32,381 nucleotides of DNA from Planctomycetia bacterium (GCA_005773755.1 SXHE01000867.1:1-32381); one strand, 5' to 3'; counted from the first letter of the stretch, positions 9,034-17,952 are shown. The notes: generated from the sequence alone by a model not told the origin. Numbers and translations: made by a program.

Positions 9034-9918
9034 GTGCCAGTTGTCGTCACCTGCCCGTCCTGCCGCAACGACCTCCTGGTTGCCGGGGCCGCGGAGTCGT
9101 ACCTGCGGAACTGCCCCACCTGTGGCGACCCGGTCACGGTGCCCGCGGCCGGCGCGTCGCCCGCGCCGGCCACACTCGCCGTTGCAACAACCCGGCCCGA
9201 TGCCGCACGCGGCTGGCGTCCTCCCACCGTCCGCCGATCTCAGGTGCTGATTGCCCTCGCGTGCGTCGGGTTGGTCGCGGCCACGGTCGGGAGCTGGCTG
9301 CTGTACGAACGCCAGGAGAAGCGCGAACGGGCCAACCGGGTACTCGAAGCGCAATTCGCTAACAATCGGGCGCTCGTCGCCAACCGCGAGCTGTCGTACT
9401 GGGCGAAGAAAGGGATTCCGCCCGCGTACCTCCGCTCGTTGCAGAAGCAAGCGACCGAACTCGATGAGGAGGCGAAGGCGAAGGACGCGGAACTGGACCG
9501 GCGCTGGGGCGCGGACCGGAAGGGGCTGCGCGAGCTGGGCGACGGCCGCGCGGAAGCGTGCGGTGAGTGTCTGGTGAAGAGCGCGAAGGGGGCCGAGGCC
9601 CGGCTCCACGAGAACGCGCTGGCGATGGGCAAGGAGCTCGTGCAACTCGAAGCGCGGATCGCCGCGGAGCTGCCACCGAAACCCGTCGAGGTGCCGAAGT
9701 TCGACCGGACCACCGAGAAGGGCGAGCGCGAGTTTCAGGAGTTCCAAGCGGCGTTCCCCGCGAGGCGCGAGCGTGCGCGGGCGGAGGCCGAGGCCGCGCG
9801 CGCCAAGCGGTTCCGCGCCGAATCGGGGCCGATCGTGGAAAAGTGGGTCGCGCGCACGCGCGACGAGAACCGGAAGATGATCGAAGACTTCGAGCACCCG
9901 GTTCTGGGCCGCAACTAG
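9034..9918 (+). CDS. Hypothetical membrane protein: N-terminal Zn ribbon, one TM helix, helical C-terminus
   Basis: CPSC..CPTC; hydrophobic VLIALACVGLVAATVGSWLLY; charged helical tail. Confidence 0.7.
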   Translation: MPVVVTCPSCRNDLLVAGAAESYLRNCPTCGDPVTVPAAGASPAPATLAVATTRPDAARGWRPPTVRRSQVLIALACVGLVAATVGSWLLYERQEKRERANRVLEAQFANNRALVANRELSYWAKKGIPPAYLRSLQKQATELDEEAKAKDAELDRRWGADRKGLRELGDGRAEACGECLVKSAKGAEARLHENALAMGKELVQLEARIAAELPPKPVEVPKFDRTTEKGEREFQEFQAAFPARRERARAEAEAARAKRFRAESGPIVEKWVARTRDENRKMIEDFEHPVLGRN

Positions 9919-10004
9919 CTCTGCTGGCGCTCCTGAATCCACGCCCGCGAGTCACGAACCAACCCGGCAGCCTGTTGGGACACGGTTTGTTCGCGCCGGG
10001 GGTC

Positions 10005-10032
10005 TTGCCGGGCAAGTCCGGGCTGTTAGAAT
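10005..10032 (+). promoter_or_regulatory. Sigma70-type promoter for tRNA-Asp
   Basis: TTGCCG (10005-10010), 16-nt spacer, TG-extended TAGAAT (10027-10032). Confidence 0.6.
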
Positions 10033-10058
10033 CTGCTATGACGGAATCGCCGTGCGTT

Positions 10059-10132
<74 letters not shown>

Positions 10133-10311
10133 CTCATATTTTTCAAGCACTTGCGGCGGGTCTTGACCGCCGGGCACCGGCCATAATATGCGGCCGGTGC
10201 CTCATAAGTGCCTCCTGTGTCAGTCGTGTCGCACCGTGTGGCAAACCGGGGTCGGATGACCCGCCCCGGTCCCAACCACCACGTGTCCCGTCAAGGGAAA
10301 GCGACACGCTC

Positions 10312-11562
10312 ATGGCAAATCTCGGCAAAAAGGGTGACGTTTACTGCGTCCGGTTCCGGTTCGGTGGCAAGGAGTACAAGAAGTCCCTCAAAACGCGGGA
10401 CGAGTCTGCCGCCGGCGCTGCCCTGCACCTGATCGAACTCACCCTCCACCGGCTCCACACCGGACAGCTTCACGTCCCCGCACTCGTCGATCCCGGCGAT
10501 TTCGTCGTCAGCGGTGGCACTCTACTGGCGCCCGTCGAACGCCCGCAGGCGGCCGAAACGCCGCCACCCCCTCCCTCCACCTGCGAACTGATCGACCTCT
10601 ACACCGCGGCGCAGAAAAATCTGCTCGCCCCGTCGTACCTGTCCAGCCAGGCCATGCACCTGAGGCACCTGACGAGGCACCTCGGGCGGCGGGCGGACGG
10701 GCCGTGCGACGCGGTCACGTTCCGGGACCTCGACGGCTACCTCCAGGCGCGACTCGCCGAGCGGCACCCCAACACCGCCGAGCGCGAGCGGATCACGCTG
10801 CTGCAGTTCTACAAGTGGGTCGTGCGGCAGCAGTATCTGGGCGCGTCCCCGGCCGCCGGCCTGGCGCCGATCAAGGGGGGCGAGGACCGACCGCCGTTCC
10901 GCACCTCGGCAGAAGTGGAGCGGATCATCGAGCGCGGCGGCCTCGACGACGAGCAACGGCTCGACCTGTGGGAGTGCCTGTACCTGAGCCCGCCCGAGAT
11001 CGCCGGCCTGCTCGCCACGGTCAAGACGAACGCCGCGACCGACTACGGGTACCTTCTGCACGCGATCCCGGCGTACACCGGCATGCGGCGGGGCGAGGTG
11101 CTCCGACTGCGGTGGGTCGACGTGGACCTGGACGAGGGTTACGTGTCGGCCCGCAGCCGCAAGCAGTCGCGGCGCAAGCGGGAGACGATCCGCCGGATCA
11201 CGCTCCACCCAGAGTTGAAGGCTGATCTCCTCGCGTGGCGGGCAACCCGGGTGCGTGGGCAGTGCGTGATCTGCGAGCCGGACGGGGACGGGCCGATCAG
11301 CAACGACCGCGCCAACCGGGTGTTCTGGCAGCCGATGCGAAAAACCACGTGGTGCCTGGACAACGGCCGCGACCTGTTCAAGGTCGGCTTCCACACGTAC
11401 CGGCACTCGTTCGCGTCGAACCTGGCGGCGGCCGGGGTGGATCAGCGGGTGATCGACGAGTTCATGGGCCACACGACCGAGGCGATGCGCAAGCGGTACC
11501 GGCACCTGTTCCCCTCGAACAAGAAGTCCGCGATCGAGAGTTTCTCGCTGGCGGTCACCTGA
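10312..11562 (+). CDS. int: Tyrosine recombinase/integrase, 416 aa
   Basis: Catalytic motifs YTGMRRGEV (R), HTYRHSFAS (HxxR), MGH..RY (H, Y); N-terminal arm-binding-like beta segment; adjacent to tRNA. Confidence 0.95.
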   Translation: MANLGKKGDVYCVRFRFGGKEYKKSLKTRDESAAGAALHLIELTLHRLHTGQLHVPALVDPGDFVVSGGTLLAPVERPQAAETPPPPPSTCELIDLYTAAQKNLLAPSYLSSQAMHLRHLTRHLGRRADGPCDAVTFRDLDGYLQARLAERHPNTAERERITLLQFYKWVVRQQYLGASPAAGLAPIKGGEDRPPFRTSAEVERIIERGGLDDEQRLDLWECLYLSPPEIAGLLATVKTNAATDYGYLLHAIPAYTGMRRGEVLRLRWVDVDLDEGYVSARSRKQSRRKRETIRRITLHPELKADLLAWRATRVRGQCVICEPDGDGPISNDRANRVFWQPMRKTTWCLDNGRDLFKVGFHTYRHSFASNLAAAGVDQRVIDEFMGHTTEAMRKRYRHLFPSNKKSAIESFSLAVT

Positions 11563-11651
11563 GAGGCGACTCACACTGTTGCCGTACGGGGCGCGCCGCG
11601 GGCTGGTTCCTCCGCGGTGCGCCCGTCTCGTGAGTCGCAGGGGAGCAATTC

Positions 11652-13967
11652 GTGGCGAACGAAGGCGTGCGAGAGTGGGACGGGACCGCGGTCGTGCCGG
11701 GCCAGGTACTGATCCTGTTGGAGGTGCCCGCCACTTCGGCCTCATCCGCCGCACGTATAGTTGCCGGCTCGGGGGGCGGAACGCCTGTTACGTTTTGTGC
11801 GTCTCTCCTGCCCGCCTTCCTGCTCGTTCACCGCCATGCATTTTTCGTCTCCCCCGATAGCGCACCCCTCGTGACCGCGGCGGCGCTCTTCCCCGACGCC
11901 GCGCAGCCCGAAGCGACGATCCTGACGACCGTCCTCGAAGCGGATTGTTGGGTCGATCTCGGCCTTCTCGATCTGCTCCTTCGCACGGTAACCAGCAACT
12001 CCGTGTGTCGGCCTCGTGCCGAGGAGGAATTGGTCGGAGAAGCCCGGCTGAATGCGGCCGGTGCGGGCGAAAACCGGTCCCAGATCCCGACCAATTCGTA
12101 CCAAAATCTGCCGTTTCGGGACCGGATTGCCAACCTGCTCGCCGTGGCGGATCAGTTGGCGGAGCGGGCAGAGGCACTCGCAGACGAAGTCGAACGGCCG
12201 CACGAGGCGGAGTACCGCCTCCGCTCGCTCAGCCCGGACGCGGCACTCACGAACGCCGGAACGGTCCACAGTTCACTGGCCGCTCATGCGGCCGACTACC
12301 TCCGCCGACGGACGTTGGGGGCCGCGCACCCTCCGGCGAGCGGAGGTTCCGACAGTCTCACCGGCCCGGTCGAAGGGTTACCGAACCAGGTGTTAAACGG
12401 AGCGACCTTCTGTGGAATCGGTACGGCGCTAAGGGGCACGCTGGCGCTGGTGGCGATGCCGTGCCTGAGTCATGACGGCAGCCGAATCGTGAGCGCGCGG
12501 CTGGACGATCTTCGCGCCGCCGCCGAGGATCGATACAGAGATGCGTCGAGAGAACTGCGCCGGCATCCCGAAGCTCATACCGCCTTCCGGTGGGAGGGTG
12601 AGACCGTCTCTCGTGATCGGAATCGCGTGGACACAACCGAAGCGCTCCGCGGTTGGCTCCGCGTCGCCGGGAAACGTCTCGTCGATCGGTGGGGCTTGCC
12701 CGTCGCGATCCCGGAAACGGCGACCGGCGAATTGACACAGAACGCTGAGCACTGGGGTTGTTGGGCGGCATGCGATGGCGCTCTCTGGGCGTGGCGCGAA
12801 TTGGTCCGCATGGCCGAGGTGATCCGGTTCGCCACGGCGACTGCGACGATCGCACCGCGGTACGATGTCGCCCCCCGCCTGCGATCGATGGAACCGAACC
12901 TGGATGTGTACCGGCGGCTCGGCATACCGGTGCTGCGCCCCCACTCGAAGCACGTGTTCCTCGCCGGCCGCGTTCGGGATCTCAGGCTCCGCTGCTTCGC
13001 CGCTGTCGGACTCAGTCGCGGTTACTTTCATCGTGGGACCAGTCGCCTCGCCGGGTATTTCTTCGGGGCGGACGAACCGGTGGCCGCGATCGCCGCGGAA
13101 CTCTACGCCGGCGACGCAGTACGGGAAGCCAGAGCCGCTTGCCCGCCGCCCGCCGTGCAGGGAGAGGACGAAGACGGGGACAAGGAGGACGGCGTCGATC
13201 TCGGGTCCGTCCGTGACGCCGCGCTGGAGCGGTACGCGGCCCTCCAACAAACCCAACCGCTGTTGGCGGAGTCGTGGCAGCGCCGCGCCGAGGGCCTGTT
13301 GAATGCGGCGATTGTCGGCATCCCCGACGCCCGGCTGGGAACCTTCTTGGCGTGCGAATACCACGAACCGAACTTCGATTCTTTGGACGCCGTGCGAATG
13401 CTGAACCTGCTCGCGTCCGACGTCGTCTACGAACTCCAGCCGTGTCTGGAGGACCGGTCGGCGGACACGATCTGGGCGCGACTCGGGCGATCGTCCCAGG
13501 ACGAGTTGTACCGGCGGCTCTCCTCGGAACACCCGGACACGTTCGCCGCATGGGCGCGGAACCGTGTTTCGGGTGCGGCGGGCGTGGAAGGCTTGAACTT
13601 GGGTTCCGATGCCTACCCCACCCCAGACTCGGGGGGGGCGCACCCGACGCGCGGCCGCCGGCCTGACCTGTATTTGTCCCGCGGGCGGACGCTGGGCGGC
13701 CGGTTCACCGCGATGGCGAGCCGCCCCCTCGTCCTCCAGCAGGAGGTTCTACTCACCGCCGACGAGGTGATGCTCGAAGTCGCCCACGCGCTGCAAGCCC
13801 GCGGCTACAAATCGCTCGGCATTGCTGGCGAGGAGTTCCTGGTCGAAGTTCCCGATCGCGGTGCCCAGGCGGCACAGGCCGCCGTCGAGGAAGCGTGCGC
13901 GGCGGGTGCCGCCCGACTCCTCGGCAATCTCGCTTCCGTCTCGGTCGATCCTTGTGAGTTCTGGTGA
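11652..13967 (+). CDS. Highly diverged family-A DNA polymerase-like protein, apparently catalytically inactive, 771 aa
   Basis: GGGAG RBS then GTG. PolA-like segments occur in the correct order: PRLRSMEPNL, HVFLAGRVRDLRLR (motif A), RRAEGLLNAAIVG (motif B), GRTLGGRF, QQEVLLTADEVM, IAGEEFLVEVP (motif C). Catalytic residues are replaced. Confidence 0.65.
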   Translation: MANEGVREWDGTAVVPGQVLILLEVPATSASSAARIVAGSGGGTPVTFCASLLPAFLLVHRHAFFVSPDSAPLVTAAALFPDAAQPEATILTTVLEADCWVDLGLLDLLLRTVTSNSVCRPRAEEELVGEARLNAAGAGENRSQIPTNSYQNLPFRDRIANLLAVADQLAERAEALADEVERPHEAEYRLRSLSPDAALTNAGTVHSSLAAHAADYLRRRTLGAAHPPASGGSDSLTGPVEGLPNQVLNGATFCGIGTALRGTLALVAMPCLSHDGSRIVSARLDDLRAAAEDRYRDASRELRRHPEAHTAFRWEGETVSRDRNRVDTTEALRGWLRVAGKRLVDRWGLPVAIPETATGELTQNAEHWGCWAACDGALWAWRELVRMAEVIRFATATATIAPRYDVAPRLRSMEPNLDVYRRLGIPVLRPHSKHVFLAGRVRDLRLRCFAAVGLSRGYFHRGTSRLAGYFFGADEPVAAIAAELYAGDAVREARAACPPPAVQGEDEDGDKEDGVDLGSVRDAALERYAALQQTQPLLAESWQRRAEGLLNAAIVGIPDARLGTFLACEYHEPNFDSLDAVRMLNLLASDVVYELQPCLEDRSADTIWARLGRSSQDELYRRLSSEHPDTFAAWARNRVSGAAGVEGLNLGSDAYPTPDSGGAHPTRGRRPDLYLSRGRTLGGRFTAMASRPLVLQQEVLLTADEVMLEVAHALQARGYKSLGIAGEEFLVEVPDRGAQAAQAAVEEACAAGAARLLGNLASVSVDPCEFW

Positions 13968-14038
13968 ACGCCGGCTTACGCATCTCGGGCGGATGCCGGC
14001 GCATGTTGCGCCGACATGTCGTGGCTAAGAATTGCCCC

Positions 14039-14067
14039 TTGTCCGGTCACCCGAACCGGAATATGAT
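14039..14067 (+). promoter_or_regulatory. Sigma70-type promoter for the leader and xis operon
   Basis: TTGTCC (14039-14044), 17-nt spacer, TATGAT (14062-14067); predicted TSS ~14074, next to the first stem; palindrome CGACATGTCG at 14012-14021 upstream. Confidence 0.7.
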
Positions 14068-14073
14068 CTTCTC

Positions 14074-14258
14074 GGGATGAGGGGTGAGGAACTCCTCCGA
14101 CGGATCACGCACCGCTAACGCGGTTCACCGCTCCGACCTCATCCGACGGACTGCCCGGCCGCTTCGGCCAACGGCATCCCAATCAGACCCAGCAGACACC
14201 GGGTTACAAAGCCCTCAGACGGCTTTGTTGGGATGTCGTTTCCACTTTCAGTAGTCCG
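14074..14258 (+). ncRNA. Putative structured RNA or 5' leader with two multibranched domains
   Basis: Nested stems 14075-82/14137-44, 14083-87/14125-29, 14111-15/14120-24; 14147-54/14251-58, 14157-61/14165-69, 14170-81/14229-40, 14186-90/14201-05, 14206-13/14221-28; no credible ORF. Confidence 0.55.
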
Positions 14259-14371
14259 AACCTTCCACACACACATTCCGCAGTAACTCCACCGTCCGCT
14301 GGGCTGGTCCCGCGTTCACGCGTTCCGGGGCGTGCATCGGGTCTCAGACTCCCGGATCAGAAGGAGTTTCG

Positions 14372-14761
14372 ATGGTCATCCCGACCGTCCGACCGGCCCG
14401 ACCCGGTGGCGGGCCGGCGCCCCCCGATCCCCTCCTCGCCCGGCTCGTGGCGATGGAGTCGCAGATCGCCGACCTCTGCGGCCACCTGCCAACCGTCCTG
14501 CAGAAACTCGACGCCCTCAGCGAACTCCTCGGCAGTCGCCGGAAAGAGAGCTACGTCGTCGAGGAAGTCGCGGAGTTGACCGGTCGGAGCGAGTACACGA
14601 TCCGGCGCTGGATCACTGAAGGGAAGCTCAAGGCCGTTCGGATCACCGAGGGCGGCCCGCGCGGGCGCCTCCTTATTCCGCGGAGCGAACTCGACCGCCT
14701 CGTGGCCTGCGGACGCGGCGCTGAAGTACCGGCCACGGCCCTCAACCAGGAGGGCGTCTGA
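14372..14761 (+). CDS. Excisionase-like HTH (HTH_17/MerR-like) DNA-binding protein
   Basis: AAGGAG RBS; YVVEEVAELTGRSEYTIRRWITEGKLKA..GRLLIPRSEL; N-terminal coiled segment. Confidence 0.85.
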   Translation: MVIPTVRPARPGGGPAPPDPLLARLVAMESQIADLCGHLPTVLQKLDALSELLGSRRKESYVVEEVAELTGRSEYTIRRWITEGKLKAVRITEGGPRGRLLIPRSELDRLVACGRGAEVPATALNQEGV

Positions 14762-15711
14762 TGGGCCGCGGACCGTACCAAGTCGAAGACTTCGTCGGGC
14801 AGAAGCGGGCGCTCCGAGCCGCCCTGCGACTCCAAGACGGGGCCACGATGCGCGGGGAGCCAGCCCCGCACATGTTATTCGAGGGCCCTTCGGGGTGCGG
14901 GAAGAGTATGGCCGCGCTCACCCTGGGCGTCCGGGCGGGTACGACGGTTATCAAGTTCAACGGGAAAACTTCGGTCGAAGAGATCGCCGGGAAACTGGCC
15001 GCGATGAAAGCGTGTGATATCGCGTTTTTCGATGAATGTCACAACCTTCCTGGTGACCCACAGGAACTCCTGTTCACGGTCATCGACGCCAATGAACTCC
15101 CCGCGGCGCTCGTGCCCGGCGCAAAGCCGGACGAACCCGTGACCGTGGCGCCGATCACACTGATCTTCGCGACCGACCGTCCGGGGAAGCTCCTCAACGC
15201 TCTCCAGAAGCGGATCCCGTTGAAGGTGGAGTTCGAACCGTACGCGCTTGACGAGATGAAAGAGATTGTGGCCCGGATCGGGACGCGGCGCGGGATCTTG
15301 CTCAGCGCCCAAGCCGCGGGCCAACTCGCCCAGGTCTGCCACGGCCTCCCTCGGCGGGCGGAGCACCACGTCAACAACCTTCGGCTGACGTTCGCCGACT
15401 CCGAGCAAAGACAGCTCGGGATCGACGACGTCCGCGTCTACCTGGACGAGATCGGCATGGACGCGGACGGCTTGGACCGGTCCGCGAGAAAGTACCTGAA
15501 GTTTCTCCGGCGGAACGAGAGCGCTTCGGCCGAGGCCATCGCGGCGTTCCTCGGGACGGACATCGACAACCTGAAGAACCAGATCGAGCAGCCGCTCCGG
15601 TTCCGCGGCCTTGTCACCGTCGGCTCCGGCGGCCGCACCCTGACGGAAAAGGGAACGGAATGGGCGGAGCAACGCAAGGCCCGACAAACAAAGGGGGACA
15701 ACCGTGGCTAA
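14761..15711 (+). CDS. ruvB: RuvB-like AAA+ ATPase (Holliday junction branch-migration motor homolog)
   Basis: EDFVGQ, Walker A GPSGCGKS, Walker B FFDECH, LIFATDR, Arg finger LQKRI, sensor II GLPRRA, C-terminal wHTH GLDRSARKYL..IEQPL..GRTLT; TGATG overlap with xis. Confidence 0.85.
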   Translation: MGRGPYQVEDFVGQKRALRAALRLQDGATMRGEPAPHMLFEGPSGCGKSMAALTLGVRAGTTVIKFNGKTSVEEIAGKLAAMKACDIAFFDECHNLPGDPQELLFTVIDANELPAALVPGAKPDEPVTVAPITLIFATDRPGKLLNALQKRIPLKVEFEPYALDEMKEIVARIGTRRGILLSAQAAGQLAQVCHGLPRRAEHHVNNLRLTFADSEQRQLGIDDVRVYLDEIGMDADGLDRSARKYLKFLRRNESASAEAIAAFLGTDIDNLKNQIEQPLRFRGLVTVGSGGRTLTEKGTEWAEQRKARQTKGDNRG

Positions 15712-16735
15712 GACCAAGAACACCGTCATCACCGTCCCGATCGGGCGGCCCCTCGTGGCGGTCCTGGACGTCTGCTTCGCCGCCGGGCAGACCCCACTGC
15801 TCGCCGGGGGCACCGGCGTCGGCAAGAGCACGCAACTTGAAGACTACGCCCGTTCCCAGGACTGGGAATACCGGCAGATGGATCTGTCTCTCATGGAGCC
15901 GCCCGATCTGGTCGGAATGCCGAAACTGGACGGCAAAGTGACACGCTACCTGCCGCCGGTGGTTCTACCAACCGTGGATGACGGCGCGGGGTTACTCGCG
16001 CTGGAAGAGATCAACCGGGCCCCGGAGTACATGCGGGCACCCTGCCTGCAACTCCTCACGGCCCGGTGCCTCAACGACTACCGCCTGCCGACAACTTGGA
16101 AGCTGGTGGCGGCGATCAACCCGGCCGAGGACGGCTACGCCGCGGACGAGCTCGACCCGGCACTGGAGTCGAGGTTCGTGCGCATCAACGTGGTCGCCAG
16201 TCCGGACGAGTGGGCCGAGTGGGCACGAGAGCACAAGGTCGACCGGCGGGTGATCGAGTACGTCCTGTCTGACCCGGGCGTGTTCGATGCCCCCACGAGT
16301 AACCCGAGGGCGTGGACCGCGGTCGCGAAGTTGCTCAAGGAGGGTGAAAAACTCGGCACCCCTTCGGGTCTGCTCCAGGCGGTGACCGCCGGGTGCGTCG
16401 GGGTCGAGCGGGCCGCATCGTTCCTGCGGTTCATCAAGGACCGGGTCAAGCCGCTGAACGCCGATCAGATCCTACGGGGGTACAAGAAGGTCCGCTCGGC
16501 CCTGACGGCGTGGGTGACCGAGGGCAAACTCGATCTGGTTCAGGGGTCGGTGCTGAAGGTCAAGCAGCGGCTTCAGTCGCGTACCGAGTACACCGCGGCC
16601 CGGGAATACACGGCTGCGTGGAAGAACCTCGGCCGGCTCCTGGCTGACTTGCCGGGCGATCTGCGCGAGGACATGGAGGAGTTCTTCCGGGAGCACGATT
16701 ACGACGTCCCCGCCCCTGTCGGGGGGACGAAATGA
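15704..16735 (+). CDS. MoxR-like (AAA_5) ATPase
   Basis: Walker A GGTGVGKS, MEPPDLVGMP, Walker B LALEEINRA, AAINP, LDPALESRF, NPRAW. Confidence 0.88.
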   Translation: MAKTKNTVITVPIGRPLVAVLDVCFAAGQTPLLAGGTGVGKSTQLEDYARSQDWEYRQMDLSLMEPPDLVGMPKLDGKVTRYLPPVVLPTVDDGAGLLALEEINRAPEYMRAPCLQLLTARCLNDYRLPTTWKLVAAINPAEDGYAADELDPALESRFVRINVVASPDEWAEWAREHKVDRRVIEYVLSDPGVFDAPTSNPRAWTAVAKLLKEGEKLGTPSGLLQAVTAGCVGVERAASFLRFIKDRVKPLNADQILRGYKKVRSALTAWVTEGKLDLVQGSVLKVKQRLQSRTEYTAAREYTAAWKNLGRLLADLPGDLREDMEEFFREHDYDVPAPVGGTK

Positions 16736-17952
16736 GAACCGGTTGCAGTTCCGACCAGATCGCCGAGGGGGCGGTCCGGGTGGCGATCGTACGGCTCGCC
16801 GCCGCGTACCCGTTCCACGCCCGCGTACTGGAGAAGTTCCGACTCGTCCCTTCGCCCGCCGTCGAGACTATGGGGGTCGCCGCGACCGCCGGAGGCGTGT
16901 TGCTGTTCTACAACCCGGAGTTCGTCCGCGGACTGACCGCGGACGTCCGGGGCGGTGTTCTACTGCACGAAGTTCACCACGTCGTACTCGGGCATCTCGG
17001 CCTGGATCCGGCCGACTTCCCCGATCAGTGGGCGTTCATCGTCGCGTGCGAGGTGTCGGTCAACGAGTTCGTCACGTTGCCGCTTCCCGACGGGGTGATC
17101 CGCCTCGAACAGTTCCCCGATCTGCCGCCGATGGAATCGACGCTCGATCGGTACCGCCGGCTCGCGCGAGTGGCACCGAAGGCGCGCTTCACGATCAGCG
17201 GGGTTGGAGGGATGGCCCACCCGGGCGCCGCGGGCGGCAGCTCCGGCAACGTGATCGACAACCACTCGGTCTGGAAAACTGGTGGGGATGATGCAGACGC
17301 TGTCCGAGAGGCGGTCGCGGCACTCCTGAACGAGGCCGCCGTGGAAGCCGGCGGAGTGCCGTCTGAACTCCAGGCCGCCGTGAAGGCGATCGGCCGGGGC
17401 ACCGCGAGTCCGGGTCACATCCTGGCCGGCGGCGCCGACGGCACCCTGGACTGGCGACGGCTCCTCCGCCGGTACATCGGCCGACTGACTCGCCCGCAAG
17501 GCAGCTACTCGCGCCCGCCGCGCCGGTTCCCGCGCTTGATCGGTGTGGTACCCGGCCGGCTCCGACGGCCACGCGACTCGGCCGTGGTGGCGATCCTGGA
17601 TACTTCGGGCAGCATCGACGAGCCGATCATCGAAGCCATCGACGGTGAACTTCAGCGGCTCGCCCGAACCCGGGAGGTCGTCGTCGTTGAGGCGGACTGC
17701 GAAGTTCACCGCACCTACCGCTACGCCGGCCGACTGGAACGCGTTCACGGTCGGGGCGGGACCGACTTCTGCCCGGCACTCGACCGACGGTTCCTGGCGC
17801 CGCTAAAGCCCGAGGTGGTGATCTACTTCACCGACGGGTTCGGCCCGGCGCCGGAGGTGCCCCCGCCCTGGCCGCTCGTCTGGTGTCTGGTGCCCGGGGG
17901 CGAGCCGCCGGCCGAGTACGGCCGGGTGATCCGAATGGACGGGTCGGAGTGA
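16732..17952 (+). CDS. DUF2201-type putative metallopeptidase with a C-terminal VWA-like domain
   Basis: TMGV..YNPEF, HEVHH (HExxH), DNHSVW, LDWRRLL, MIDAS DTSGS, GRGGTDF, YFTDG; ATGA overlap with the MoxR gene. Confidence 0.88.
   Translation: MRTGCSSDQIAEGAVRVAIVRLAAAYPFHARVLEKFRLVPSPAVETMGVAATAGGVLLFYNPEFVRGLTADVRGGVLLHEVHHVVLGHLGLDPADFPDQWAFIVACEVSVNEFVTLPLPDGVIRLEQFPDLPPMESTLDRYRRLARVAPKARFTISGVGGMAHPGAAGGSSGNVIDNHSVWKTGGDDADAVREAVAALLNEAAVEAGGVPSELQAAVKAIGRGTASPGHILAGGADGTLDWRRLLRRYIGRLTRPQGSYSRPPRRFPRLIGVVPGRLRRPRDSAVVAILDTSGSIDEPIIEAIDGELQRLARTREVVVVEADCEVHRTYRYAGRLERVHGRGGTDFCPALDRRFLAPLKPEVVIYFTDGFGPAPEVPPPWPLVWCLVPGGEPPAEYGRVIRMDGSE

Noticed and set aside
10163-10189. TTGACC...CATAAT/TAATAT as the int promoter
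   Set aside because: The spacer would be only 13-15 nt, so it is not called.
14074-14258. tRNA, retron msr-msd or known riboswitch identity for the structured leader
   Set aside because: No T-loop or anticodon geometry, no RT gene nearby, and no aptamer consensus that I recognise.
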